Shown here piece by piece: positions 1-10,394 of a stretch of 64,000 nucleotides of DNA (its first letter is position 1; every line of letters starts with the position of its first letter). The DNA is from Sedimentisphaerales bacterium (GTDB lineage: Bacteria; Planctomycetota; Phycisphaerae; Sedimentisphaerales; SM23-30), in NCBI GenBank assembly GCA_963666285.1, contig OY762711.1. One strand, 5' to 3'. A program made the position numbers and the translations under genes. The notes beneath the pieces are model-generated. The model saw only the letters and a program-made list of their open reading frames with translations, did no database searches and was not told where the DNA came from.

Positions 1-1594
1 GAATCTGACCCTTATAGACCCTGTCCTGAAACTCTTCAGTCCAGCGCACCCGCTCGCCGCCATGATATCCCTGCAGCGCACCACCGCCCAGCTCGCTCAT
101 GATCAGCGGCTTATCATATGGCGTAACCCACTGCTTACCGAAATTATCGCCTTCATACCAGCCGATATACTCATTACAACCCAGCACATCCAGGTACTCT
201 CCCAGCGGGTCCGCTATCTCGACATTATTGCCACGCGTATGCTTCTCCATCGCCGCCGTCACCAGCCTCGTCGGGTCCAGCTCCCTCGTATAATCCGCCA
301 GGCTGCCCAGAAACTTCGTGCGAGGCTCCGATACCGGCGTCTCATTCGATACCGACCACAAAATTATCGACGCCTTATTCTTATCACGCGCCACCATCTC
401 ATCCAGCATCTTCACCGCGTTATTGTACACTTCCTTATTCTCCCACTGGATCGTCCAGTACAGCGGTATCTCCGACCACACCAATATCCCCATCTCATCA
501 GCCGTCCGTGTCATAAACTCATTATGCGGATAATGTGCCAGCCGAACAAAATTACAGTTCAGATCTTTCGCCCAGCCCAGCAGCACCTCGGCATCTTCCT
601 TCAGATACGCACGGCCATGCCTCAACGGCGCCTCTTCATGAATACAGATTCCACGCAAAAAGACCGACTTACCGTTCAGCAGAATATCTGACCCCTTTAC
701 CTCCAGGCTCCTGAACCCGATCTTATCCTCAATCGTATCTGTCCCGCACTTCACTACCACCTTATACAGCTTCGGACTGCCCGGCTCCCAAAGCTCCAGG
801 TTCGCGTCAAAATTAAATTTCGCATAGCCCTTTTCATTTGTTGTAAACGATTTCGAAACTCCCGCCTCAGGTATCGATACCGTCACCTCCTGCTCCGCCT
901 TCGCGCCGTCCAGCTGCACCCATCCGTCAATATTTTTCTGCGAGCCCTTCGCCAACTGGATCTTATAATCGCGAACAAACGTACCCGCTTCTTCGATCAG
1001 CAGCACCCGGCGAGTTATCCCGCCATAGTTCCACCAGTCACTCATCACCGTCGGTATCGCGTTATGCTGACGGGTATTATCAACCTTCAATACCAGCGTA
1101 TTATTCCCCTTCCTAACCTTATCTGTTATCTCAAAAACAAACGGCGTATATCCGCCCGTATGCACGCCCAGCTTACTGCCGTTCAAATACACCACCGCCT
1201 CATAGTTCACCGCACCGAAATAGACAAACAACCGCTTACCTTCAGCCAACTCATAGTCGAACTTCTTGCGATACCAGATATTTCCCTCATAGAAAAACAG
1301 CTTCTCCTTCTGACTGTTCCAGTCGCCCGGCACCTGCAGCGTCTCACTGTCATCAAAGCTGTACTCCACCATCTCATATTCATTCCTCGGCTTAGCATCC
1401 TTAAAGAAACCCCAGCTGTACTCCTTATATCGATAATCATAAAATCCGTTCTCGAACGGATCGACTATTATATTCCAGATTCCGTCCAGCTCGGTTATAT
1501 CTCGATTATCAACATTGGTTATCAATCCACCGGCATTAACCGCCGCAACCATAACTAATACAAACATCACTACTAACAAAAATGATCTCTTCAC
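1..1594 (-). CDS. GH2 beta-glucuronidase-type glycoside hydrolase, secreted; 3' end runs off the window
   Basis: Absent from the ORF track because it has no stop in the window. Translated by hand from GTG at 1594 (AAAGGG upstream): signal peptide, then LDGIWNIIVDPFENGFYDYR, WSVSNETP (acid/base Glu), YIGWYEG, KPLIMSELGG (nucleophile Glu) and RWTEEFQ. Confidence 0.88.
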   Translation of the reverse strand, partial: MKRSFLLVVMFVLVMVAAVNAGGLITNVDNRDITELDGIWNIIVDPFENGFYDYRYKEYSWGFFKDAKPRNEYEMVEYSFDDSETLQVPGDWNSQKEKLFFYEGNIWYRKKFDYELAEGKRLFVYFGAVNYEAVVYLNGSKLGVHTGGYTPFVFEITDKVRKGNNTLVLKVDNTRQHNAIPTVMSDWWNYGGITRRVLLIEEAGTFVRDYKIQLAKGSQKNIDGWVQLDGAKAEQEVTVSIPEAGVSKSFTTNEKGYAKFNFDANLELWEPGSPKLYKVVVKCGTDTIEDKIGFRSLEVKGSDILLNGKSVFLRGICIHEEAPLRHGRAYLKEDAEVLLGWAKDLNCNFVRLAHYPHNEFMTRTADEMGILVWSEIPLYWTIQWENKEVYNNAVKMLDEMVARDKNKASIILWSVSNETPVSEPRTKFLGSLADYTRELDPTRLVTAAMEKHTRGNNVEIADPLGEYLDVLGCNEYIGWYEGDNFGKQWVTPYDKPLIMSELGGGALQGYHGGERVRWTEEFQDRVYKGQI

Positions 1595-1697
1595 AATTTG
1601 GCCCTTTCTATTCATTGAGATTTTTCTTTACTTAACTATATACACTATCTTTTCACAAAGCCTGTATAACTTAAATTCAACTTTCATAATTCAGCTT

Positions 1698-1731
1698 GCC
1701 GCCTGCCCTGAGTTCATCAAAGGGCCGCGGC
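1698..1731. repeat. REP-like hairpin GCCGC-[CCCTGAG..GAAGGG]-GCGGC
   Basis: Related copies at about 7767-7795, 9445-9478 and 61833-61866. The inner part alone occurs at about 25906-25928 and 37397-37418. Confidence 0.75.
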
Positions 1732-1963
1732 TTTCCTCCCCTGGCACCTGACACCTGTTCCCTTTTCTTATCTATATGACTTTTATTATCCCATTTTCCC
1801 ACCAAAAATCAAGATTTACCATAACACTCTACCAGACAACCAATTACCACAACAAAACCACCTCCCACACCAACATAAATCCATCGCACCCTCCATCCCA
1901 AACAACAAAATACCACACAGAATCACTCAACCTCTGCTAACCGCTAACTTAAAACCGTTCTCG

Positions 1964-2590
1964 TTATTTCCTTTTTTTCAATCCCTCTTCTGCCAGATAC
2001 TCTTGAAAAGAATCTTCCGTCATCGCTCGCACAGAACCATCACCATACAGCACAAAACGACTTATCATCGAATGCCACGGCTCTCTACCATACATGATCA
2101 GCTCCTTAGCCGGCATCTTTACCTCTAACTCTCCTCCTATATAAACATACGATATCCCTTCCCCATACTTATCCGCCGGACAATGCAGCAGCCCCATAAA
2201 ACCATCATCGTCTATATCAGACAATTGCTCCGGAAACTCTCCATCATGTTCGTTACCATACGCCTCTATATAACTATATATCCTTTTCAGATTATCCTTA
2301 CATTTATTCTTTTGCTGATATTCTCTATGCTGTTTTAATACCGGGATCATTAGAGTCGGAATAAATGACAAAATTATCAGACACGCTATCCCGCCGAACA
2401 TCTGATGAAACGGATCTTTCCTCTTCAACCCATACCAGAACCATTTAAAACTACCACAGACAACAAGAATACATATAACAAATGTAGGCATAAAGAAAAA
2501 CAGCAGCCCCAACAATACCCATAAAAATATCTTATATCCCGCCTTCTTATCCGGCTTATCATAATATTCTGTTTTATCAGCTTCTTCCAT
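1964..2590 (-). CDS. Membrane protein with hydrophobic N-terminal segments and a DUF1559/pseudopilin-like C-terminal domain
   Basis: TM segments, then KCKDNLKRI..Y..EHDGEFP, LHCPAD, ISYVY and WH...VLYGDGSV. Confidence 0.6.
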   Translation of the reverse strand: MEEADKTEYYDKPDKKAGYKIFLWVLLGLLFFFMPTFVICILVVCGSFKWFWYGLKRKDPFHQMFGGIACLIILSFIPTLMIPVLKQHREYQQKNKCKDNLKRIYSYIEAYGNEHDGEFPEQLSDIDDDGFMGLLHCPADKYGEGISYVYIGGELEVKMPAKELIMYGREPWHSMISRFVLYGDGSVRAMTEDSFQEYLAEEGLKKRK

Positions 2591-2672
2591 CCAGACCTCT
2601 TTATCTTTTTCGCATCTTTCGTATCTTTTATGGCCATCTCTTTTAAAACTTCTTCCTCCTCACTCCTCTCTT

Positions 2673-2851
2673 CTCACTCTTCTTATCCGTGGTTCAACTC
2701 TTTTGTATTTTTTATAATTAATCAGACAAACCTTTACAATATATTGAGACTCAACAATTTCAAACACAGCCACTTTCGCGTCAGCATAAATCAAACGTGA
2801 GGCGTCAGCCGAACACCGCAACTCTTCACTCTTAGTTCTTCACTCTTCACT
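2673..2851. repeat. Intact composite intergenic repeat (F+E modules); split copy at 16381-16471 and 19128-19230
   Basis: Left part nearly identical to 16381-16466, right part nearly identical to 19128-19230. Confidence 0.8.
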
Positions 2852-2863
2852 CTTACAAGTTGT

Positions 2864-4378
2864 TCATCCTAAGAACAACTTGTAAGCCGGGTTATCCAGC
2901 TCCTGTACAAAACTATACTTACCATCCAGCATCCGAGCCTCAAACGTCGCACGCTTCGCAGCCGGTATCTGTATCCCGATCAATACATAAGCATATATAC
3001 CACCTGTCCGGCGATAATGCAAAATTGATATATTCCAGTCCGGCTCCAAAAGCGTCAGGAAATTCGACAACGCTCCCTCACACTCAGGAAATACCAGCCG
3101 ATACAATACCTCGTTCTCCACTCCCGCTATATGACCGCCCACCATATGACTCACATGCAGCTTCGCCAGCTCATTATCCGACAGATCGGTTATCGCAAAT
3201 CCGCCGCCTTTCAGATTCTTCATTAGTTTCGCCCGGTCATTCGTCAGGTCCTTAACCTGCACCTTCGCAAAAATCGTCGCCTTTACATCCGATTCATACC
3301 GATAGTTAAACTCCGTTATCTGATGCTTCGACAGCGCCTTGCAGAACCCCTTCAATATCCCCGGCCGATCTTCCGCTACCGCCGCCAGCACAATCTCCGA
3401 CCGCTCACCAATCTCAAACCGGTCAGAAATATATCGCAGCCGCTCGAAATTCATATTCGCGCCCGAAGAGATCGTCACCAGCGTCTTATTCTTTATCCGC
3501 TTACGCCTGACATAGTTCACCATCCCCGCAACCGACAGCGCACCCGACGGCTCAGAGATACTCCGAGTATTATCAAATACATCCTTCACCGCCGCACATA
3601 TCTCATCAGTCGTCGCTGTCACAACCTCATCGACCAGACCCTTTATTATCCGAAACGGCTCCTGACCTATCTGTGCGACCGCCACGCCATCGGCAAATAT
3701 ACCGACCTTCGGCAATACCACCCGGCTGCCCGCCTCCATCGCCGCCTTCAGACACGCCGACTCGTCCGCCTCGACCCCGATTATCTTGATCTCTGGCCTC
3801 AAATATTTAACATACGCCGTAATTCCAGCTATCAGCCCGCCGCCGCCCACCGGCACAAATATCGCATGGATCGGATCGGTATGCTGACGCAATATCTCCA
3901 TACCAATCGTCCCCTGGCCCGCGATCACATCCGGGTCATCGTATGGATGGATAAACACCTGACCGCTCTCAGCCGCCAGGTTCATCGCATACTCACAACT
4001 CTCATCGAATCGCTCGCCATACAATATCACCTTACTGCCACGACGCCTGACCGCATTTACCTTTATCTCCGGCGTTGTCCTCGGCATAACTATCGTCGAC
4101 TTGATCTTTAGCCTCTCGGCACTTATCGCTACTCCCTGGGCATGATTACCTGCAGACGCCGCTATCACCCCTCGCTGCTTCTCGCGAGTGCTCAGCCTCG
4201 AAATCTTATTATATGCGCCCCGCAGCTTAAACGAAAACACAGGCTGCAAATCTTCACGCTTGATCATCACCCGGTTACCCACCCGCTCACTCAACAGAGG
4301 CATATCATCCAGCGGAGTCTCCTCCGCGACATCATAAACCGACGCTTCCAATATCTTCTTTATATAATTATCGGACAT
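2864..4378 (-). CDS. ilvA: Threonine ammonia-lyase (biosynthetic threonine dehydratase)
   Basis: KREDLQPVFSFKLRGA PLP-lysine motif, ASAGNHAQG, VPVGGGGL, SGAN, and C-terminal regulatory repeats. Confidence 0.95.
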   Translation of the reverse strand: MSDNYIKKILEASVYDVAEETPLDDMPLLSERVGNRVMIKREDLQPVFSFKLRGAYNKISRLSTREKQRGVIAASAGNHAQGVAISAERLKIKSTIVMPRTTPEIKVNAVRRRGSKVILYGERFDESCEYAMNLAAESGQVFIHPYDDPDVIAGQGTIGMEILRQHTDPIHAIFVPVGGGGLIAGITAYVKYLRPEIKIIGVEADESACLKAAMEAGSRVVLPKVGIFADGVAVAQIGQEPFRIIKGLVDEVVTATTDEICAAVKDVFDNTRSISEPSGALSVAGMVNYVRRKRIKNKTLVTISSGANMNFERLRYISDRFEIGERSEIVLAAVAEDRPGILKGFCKALSKHQITEFNYRYESDVKATIFAKVQVKDLTNDRAKLMKNLKGGGFAITDLSDNELAKLHVSHMVGGHIAGVENEVLYRLVFPECEGALSNFLTLLEPDWNISILHYRRTGGIYAYVLIGIQIPAAKRATFEARMLDGKYSFVQELDNPAYKLFLG

Positions 4379-4507
4379 ACTACTACTCTTATTAATATAG
4401 GTTGCCTATATAGTTATACTATTAACAAAAAATTGAGCACAGATAATTATATCATATCAGAAGCAGTTTCCCCATCTTTTTTCTACACAAACAGCATCAT
4501 ATTTAAG

Positions 4508-4542
4508 GTGACCGCTGGAAATTACTTTTGAGGCGATAGTTC
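4508..4542. mobile_element. Truncated left end of MITE family A
   Basis: ggtgaccgctggaaattacttttgaggcgatagtt matches the first 35 nt of the 161-bp element at 30340. Confidence 0.6.
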
Positions 4543-4629
4543 TTATACCTTTTCTTCTATATTCCAACTGCTCACCGCCACCAACCTTTCACCCCCGCTT
4601 TAAACAAAATTGTGAGGCGAGCGGTACCT

Positions 4630-4760
4630 TCCCTCACCTTTTCCCTCTTCTTCCCTTTTACCTCATACCTCATACCTTTTACCTTTTACCTCTTCCCTCT
4701 TCCCTCTTACCTCTTACCTCTCCCTTCTCCCTTCTCCCTTCTCCCTTCTCACTCTTTCAT
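4630..4760. repeat. Pyrimidine-rich 7-bp-period tract (TTTTACC/TCATACC/CTTCTCC)
   Basis: Read directly. It overlaps the last codons of the 4714..7614 gene (RREKGEGRRER). Confidence 0.7.
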
Positions 4761-7614
4761 CATACACCTTCTCGCCCGCCGCTATCGCATCGCGGTTTCG
4801 CCTCTCCTCCTCAGCACGCCGCTCGTACCATGCCAGCCTCATCTTATCATCATCGCATGGCACATGACCTGACATATCCGCCCGCGGCCTATCTGCCAGG
4901 TTACGTTTACCCTGAAGAATTATTACCAGCGCCTCATCATATTTCTCGCCCGACAATTTCGCCAGGCACCCGCTCAGCTCCGGCCGGTCATAATTAATCA
5001 GCGGCCCTTTATTACGATCATACCCGGCATAAGCAGAAAAATTATAACCCGTCAAAGCGCCCAGCCTGCCCAACTGATCATTATCCAACGGAGAGCGACC
5101 CGCCAGGTTGCCCGGATACGCACTACTATACTCACTATAATACGGCGCATTAATATCCAGCCATGTCACGATCCGTTCGTAATCCTCATCCGAAAGCTTA
5201 ACATCCTTATGCATTTCCTTCTTCAATGCCGCTACCAGTTTACTCTTATGCGAGCCCCATGAATACGCCTGCTGAATCGCTGCCGGGCCGGCACCAACCG
5301 CTCCGGTATAATTCTTCCGCCACAACTCGTTATACGATGTATTAAATGTATTAGTCTTATCACCCGATAGAATCAGACCGCCCTTTGCACCGCCCGGCGT
5401 GCCATAATCATGACATTTTATACATTTACCATCAAACACCGGCTGAACCTCACGCACATAGCTGAACGTCCTCGCGGCACCATACCAGCCTTCCAGCCTA
5501 CTAGGTTCTCGCTTCAAAGCCTTAGCCGTTTTATATTCCGCTACCGGCGGCGCCTTTACCCGACTCTCATGACATCCAACACAACCGCGAACCTCGCCCG
5601 GCTGGACAATTGCCCCGCTTCGCATACTCTGGACCATCTGCTTGTTCTCATCCAGCAGCTGAAAATATACAAACTTCTCAGCCGGAACCTCGAAATACAC
5701 CGAACCGTCTTCTTCTACCGGCACCGTTCCCAGTATCCGCTTATTATTGAAATCATGCCAGCCCATCGCCGGCCATTCCGTTCCCTGACCGCTCCATGCC
5801 GTCATCGTACGGGTTCGCTTCTCAGGCGACTCCACTACCCGCAGCCATTTCACATCGCCACGCTTCACACCCAACATATGCGTTCCCTCATAAACATTCG
5901 TCACATAAAACTCGCCCTCGCTCTTACCGCTCGCATAACTCCTCATCTCCACCGGCATAATCGGACGAGACCTGGGCGACAGCGGCATCGGGTCAAAACA
6001 ACCCGGCTCCTCGAAATACAGCTCAAACTCTTTACCATTCATATCCACCAGGAAAATACCCATCTGCTCGCCTTTGACCGTACGCGAACATAAGAAATAT
6101 TTATCATCCAGCGGATAAGGATCCTCATACTTCGGCATAACACGCTTAAACGTATCGTAGTTGCCAACCCCCACCAGCTCCCTCGCGCCCGCCGGCCATG
6201 TACGCACTACCGGCTCCTTACCATCCAGCCCTAGCCGCCGGTCAACCAGTGCTAGTGCCCCCCAGGGCCGGTCATGACAAGAACTGAACGTCGCTATTAT
6301 CTGCTGTGTGCCCGGCACCGCACGAGGGTCCAAAACGCCGCCCGGAGAATTCGTGTTATTCCCCCAATACACCGCATGGTTCGTTCCGTCCGGGTTAACC
6401 GTCCACAATCCCTGGGCATCGCCGAAGTTCCGATCGACATACTCCCAGCGATCGTAAACTATCCGACCGTCCGGCAGCAGCGAACTGTGACCCTCAAACA
6501 ATGTGCTCTTACCTATCTGGTGAATATTCTCGCCGTCCGGCCCCATCTTATACAGGTTACACATTATATGCCTGTTACACATGCAATACTTAGGTTCGCG
6601 CGACGAAGAAAATACAATCGTATCATCCGGCATATACAGCGGATCAATATCATCTACCTTCTCGGCAAATGTCAACTGCCGCAGGCCGGTTCCATCTGCG
6701 TTAATCTCATAGATATGATAACTGTCCGACAAACTGCGACGCATAGAAAAGATTATCTTGCTGCCGTCAAAATATACTTCCGGGTCACGAATCACACCTT
6801 CCTTTGCCTCCAGCAGCGTGCTAACCTTACCACTCGCAACATCCAGCTTCTTCAACGCTCCGCCCGGCTGAAATCTACCGTCATTATATTCATTATTATA
6901 ACTCGGAAAAAATGTAGCTGTGTTATGGTGGTCCGGCCTGTACTGATTGCGAGTCACAAATATCAGCGGATATTTTTTTACTATCGGATTCGATAATATC
7001 GCTTCTCGTTCGAGCCGGCCAGGCTCTCCCGCTCCGGCAACAATCTTGCCATGCGCCTGAAAATCATCCAGCGTTATATGGCCCCAACCACCGGTATGAC
7101 TGTCAACCACCCGCACAAACACTCGCTTACCCACCAGCTCCGGCATATCCCAGCGAACTGTTTCCATCTTCTCGATATTATTGCCATGAGCCGCCGCAAC
7201 TTCTTCCGCACTGCCATCATCATTCAGCACATATAACGCTACCTTAGTCTGCTGCGAGCTGCCGCCCCCGACCTTCAATGTTATCTCACCTTTATCCAAT
7301 TCCATAACCGGCGAGCCTATCACCCCGGTATATCCGTCCGACGGGCTATATTGCTCTGTCTCCAAAGTAGATACAAAATATTTACCCTGCTTATTATACT
7401 TCGCACCGCCATTGTGAAACGTGTCCCGGTCGCAAACCACCATCCCGAACCCGCCTTCGACAACCGACCAGCCCTGCAAATCGCCAGTCTCAAAATCATA
7501 TACTATCTCGCCGCTGACACCGCCGCACGACTCGGCCAGGCATCCACCTGACACAGCCAGGCACAATACCAGCACCTGCAACCCAAAGATCATTCTTTTA
7601 GAATTAGTTCTCAT
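4714..7614 (-). CDS. Secreted beta-propeller / hydrazine-synthase-alpha-middle-domain-like protein with two CxxCH heme motifs
   Basis: Signal peptide; N-terminal DFETGDLQGW...GWGHITLDDF module; TolB-like repeats (YEINADGTGLRQLT, LPDGRIVYDRWEY); GTVPVEEDGSVYFEVPA...QLLD; CVGCH and CIKCH. Confidence 0.75.
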   Translation of the reverse strand: MRTNSKRMIFGLQVLVLCLAVSGGCLAESCGGVSGEIVYDFETGDLQGWSVVEGGFGMVVCDRDTFHNGGAKYNKQGKYFVSTLETEQYSPSDGYTGVIGSPVMELDKGEITLKVGGGSSQQTKVALYVLNDDGSAEEVAAAHGNNIEKMETVRWDMPELVGKRVFVRVVDSHTGGWGHITLDDFQAHGKIVAGAGEPGRLEREAILSNPIVKKYPLIFVTRNQYRPDHHNTATFFPSYNNEYNDGRFQPGGALKKLDVASGKVSTLLEAKEGVIRDPEVYFDGSKIIFSMRRSLSDSYHIYEINADGTGLRQLTFAEKVDDIDPLYMPDDTIVFSSSREPKYCMCNRHIMCNLYKMGPDGENIHQIGKSTLFEGHSSLLPDGRIVYDRWEYVDRNFGDAQGLWTVNPDGTNHAVYWGNNTNSPGGVLDPRAVPGTQQIIATFSSCHDRPWGALALVDRRLGLDGKEPVVRTWPAGARELVGVGNYDTFKRVMPKYEDPYPLDDKYFLCSRTVKGEQMGIFLVDMNGKEFELYFEEPGCFDPMPLSPRSRPIMPVEMRSYASGKSEGEFYVTNVYEGTHMLGVKRGDVKWLRVVESPEKRTRTMTAWSGQGTEWPAMGWHDFNNKRILGTVPVEEDGSVYFEVPAEKFVYFQLLDENKQMVQSMRSGAIVQPGEVRGCVGCHESRVKAPPVAEYKTAKALKREPSRLEGWYGAARTFSYVREVQPVFDGKCIKCHDYGTPGGAKGGLILSGDKTNTFNTSYNELWRKNYTGAVGAGPAAIQQAYSWGSHKSKLVAALKKEMHKDVKLSDEDYERIVTWLDINAPYYSEYSSAYPGNLAGRSPLDNDQLGRLGALTGYNFSAYAGYDRNKGPLINYDRPELSGCLAKLSGEKYDEALVIILQGKRNLADRPRADMSGHVPCDDDKMRLAWYERRAEEERRNRDAIAAGEKVYDERVRREKGEGRRER

Positions 7615-7683
7615 GAATACATAATATCATACCTCACACTAATATTAAACCACAAAAATCTCGACATTATTGCTGCACTTACT

Positions 7684-7800
7684 TACTCAAAGTAACCGAT
7701 TTTATACTTCTTATCGCTATAACATTTTCGATACATTCTGTTATATTAAAATTTAAATAGTTTGACGCCGCCCTGAGTTCACCGAAGAGCCGCTGCTCTT
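7684..7800. mobile_element. Partial MITE family C (left end plus REP hairpin)
   Basis: TACTCAAAGTAACCG...tgttatattaaaatttaaatag..GCCGC aligns with the copies at 9364, 10856 and 61751. Confidence 0.5.
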
Positions 7801-7920
7801 CCCTCCTTCATCCACTTCTCTCTTCTCGCTTCTTTCTTCTAACTCTTCTCATCCTTCAGGTGCCGCAATTTTGAAATAAACTTCCATACGCGTCAGCTTT
7901 AAAACAAGCCGTGAGCGACA

Positions 7921-7957
7921 GCGAATTATTCCTGATGTCAACGTACATCGGGACACC
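7921..7957. repeat. Repeat family D, hairpin GCGAATTATT-CCTGATGT-N6-ACATCAGG-ACACC
   Basis: Near-identical copies at 11167-11203, 13061-13097, 13233-13269 and 16269-16305. Confidence 0.85.
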
Positions 7958-8010
7958 TCCTTTACACTTTTTATTTTACCCTTTACACTTTTACGCCGCC
8001 CCGCGGCATC

Positions 8011-9107
8011 TCACGGCACTACCACCACTTCAGTTCCTTCCAGCCAATATTCGGCTATCACCGCCAGGTCCAGCAGATCAACTTTATTATCACAATTTAT
8101 ATCGCCAGGCACCAGCGAACAGCCATCACACCCATTAGCTACCATATCACTATCGGCATCACCATTAACATTAGATATCGTCAGGTCACCTTTCAGCCTG
8201 CTATTAGAATCTTGATTTCTACCACCCACTATAAACCCAAAATAATAGCCATGATATATCTGTATCGAAGCTGAACCAGTAAAACTGAAAAAGGAATACG
8301 TCTTTACATAGTCCACAAGAGTTATTGTCTCGGTACCATCTGGCCCGTCCGCAAATATCTTAAAATCGGCATACGCATTATAAAACGAGTGAAAGCCGCT
8401 AAAGTCATAATCAAAACTAAACGTTCCATCTCCAAACGCCTTAGCCTTAAACGCCGCCGTGCGATAGCTTACTCCGATGTTACTGCCCAAATCAACATCA
8501 TACGAAAACACAGCTGTCCCAGCCTCGCCATTCTCAGGCGTTATCCACGTACTGCCACCAATGATCGAACCATTCTCCCACATATCAATTGCATACGCAT
8601 CCGAAAACCCCGCAGCACACTCATCTGCTGGCAATATGGCTTTAACAACACGGGCATATACATTATCTTCGTTATAATCTATCCCAACACCATTCGAAAT
8701 ACCATTATCAAAAGGGTCCAGATCAAATATCCCGTTATTTCCGGTCGCCTCCGGCCACCCCGACTCCAGCGTCAAATGCAGCGAGTCATTAATATACAGG
8801 TTATTATACATACCCGGCCCATGAATATCCTTCCAACTGAATACCCAGCCCGGATCATCGTTAACCTTATGACCGCTCCCGCTCAAATCGATCAGCCAGA
8901 CTATTCCGTCTGTTCTGCTCCCATCTCGAGCTACAGAAATCTCAGCACTCGGATCATTCCCCCACACCGCATACGCTGTACGAGTGCCATCATACATCAT
9001 ATCCTCATATATAGAAAATGCAACATTCGCTGCATTACCAACCGAAGCACAAATAAAAGTCAAAACCAAAACCAAACCGGCAAACTTAAACCTATCTCTA
9101 ACTATCA
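8011..9107 (-). CDS. Secreted protein of unknown function with C-terminal dockerin-like motif
   Basis: The ORF track starts at 9189, but MIVRDRFKFAGLVLVL..GNA looks like the real signal peptide, so the start is approximate. C-terminus GDINCDNKVDLLDLAVIAEYWL. Confidence 0.7.
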
Positions 9108-9363
9108 TAAGAGTTCCTTTCAAGACTTTCCAGCCCTTTATCATCAATAAAATATCTTCGGTACCACATTTATGCCGATCAAAGCACACTATCAGCCACC
9201 GGCATACACATACTCCGTTAAATATCCCCCGTTAGCGCAGCATAGATCATACAATGATCAATTAACATGCAGAAAATCCACCACCTGCTCCCCGCAAAAG
9301 CAGCTGTAATTAAGAACTTTTGAGTATAGTATCCCAACCCCTCCAAAAGCAAATAAACATAAT

Positions 9364-9525
9364 TAATCAAGGTAACTGGTTTTCTCTTTGTTTTGCTCTA
9401 ACAAATTATAGTGCAATCTGTTACAATAATAACTTAAATTGCTCGCCGCCTGCCCTGAGCTAATCGAAGGACCGCGGCATTCCTTACCTGATACCCCTCA
9501 AACCGATCACAGGTCAGTTTGAGTA
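9364..9525. mobile_element. MITE family C copy
   Basis: Degenerate left end TAATCAAGGTAACT, right end GGTCAGTTTGAGTA, internal REP hairpin. Confidence 0.6.
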
Positions 9526-9575
9526 AACATTATTTTACAAACATAAATACCATACCACAAAAAACAAGGCATTAA

Positions 9576-10160
9576 ATGAACTTCTCACCCGACAGCAGCT
9601 ACCAGGACCAGGAATTCGACAAAATATCATTCCCAAACCAGGAAATATCAGATATAAACTTCTCGTCTTGCACTTTCAAAAACTGCGACTTCACCGGCTG
9701 TAAATTTCTCGGATCGGCCTTCCACAAATGCTCTTTCGACTCTTGCAACCTCAGCCTGGCAAATTTCTCCGACTCGAGACTCAACCAGGTTAAATTCATA
9801 TCTTCAAAACTCACCGGCATAGACTTCTCTACCGTCAACCCGTTCACACTCAAATTCAAGTTCCAGGATTCAATGCTCAGCAACTGCAGCTTCTCGCACC
9901 TCAAGATCAGAAACACTTCCTTCTCTGGCTGCTCAATCAAAACATGTGACTTCTACGGCACAGACCTCGATAATGCCGACTTCAGTAGAACCGACCTCAA
10001 CGAATCAATATTCGAACAATGCAACCTCACCGGCGCATCTTTCCGAAACGCAAAAAACTACTCTATCAACCCGTCAAACAATAAAATCAAAAACGCAACC
10101 TTCACCATGCCCGACGCTGTGGCATTACTTTACCCATTCAACATCAACATCGAATTCTAA
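9576..10160 (+). CDS. Pentapeptide repeat protein
   Basis: Tandem (S/C)xFxx pentapeptides throughout. Confidence 0.9.
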   Translation: MNFSPDSSYQDQEFDKISFPNQEISDINFSSCTFKNCDFTGCKFLGSAFHKCSFDSCNLSLANFSDSRLNQVKFISSKLTGIDFSTVNPFTLKFKFQDSMLSNCSFSHLKIRNTSFSGCSIKTCDFYGTDLDNADFSRTDLNESIFEQCNLTGASFRNAKNYSINPSNNKIKNATFTMPDAVALLYPFNINIEF

Positions 10161-10208
10161 ACCCCTCACACTTCCCTCTCCCCTCTTCCCTCTTATCTCT
10201 TCCCTCTT

Positions 10209-10369
10209 CCCTTATCCCTTATCCCTTATCCCTTATGCCTTATGCCTTATCCCTTATCCCTTATCCCTTATCCCTTACCCCTTATCCCTTATCCCTTATC
10301 CCTTATCCCTTATCCCTTACCCCTTATGCCTTATCCCTTATCCCTTACCCCTTATCCCTTATCCCTTAC
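10209..10369. repeat. Tandem heptamer array (CCCTTAT)x23 with GCCTTAT/CCCTTAC variants
   Basis: 161 bp = 23 units, counted directly. It lies between convergent genes. Confidence 0.95.
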
Positions 10370-10394
10370 CTTCCCCTCTCACTTCTTACTTCTA

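Noticed and set aside
62..1558. Plus-strand ORFs 62..691 and 1064..1558, and the many similar antisense ORFs across the window
   Set aside because: They are shadows of clear opposite-strand genes (here the GH2 gene) and carry no recognisable motifs.
4714..7614. Anammox hydrazine synthase
   Set aside because: Only a shared domain is present. There are no hzsB/hzsC neighbours, and the context is that of a saccharolytic heterotroph.
9576..10160. Qnr-type quinolone resistance gene
   Set aside because: It is a generic pentapeptide repeat protein, and I cannot identify Qnr-specific loops by eye.
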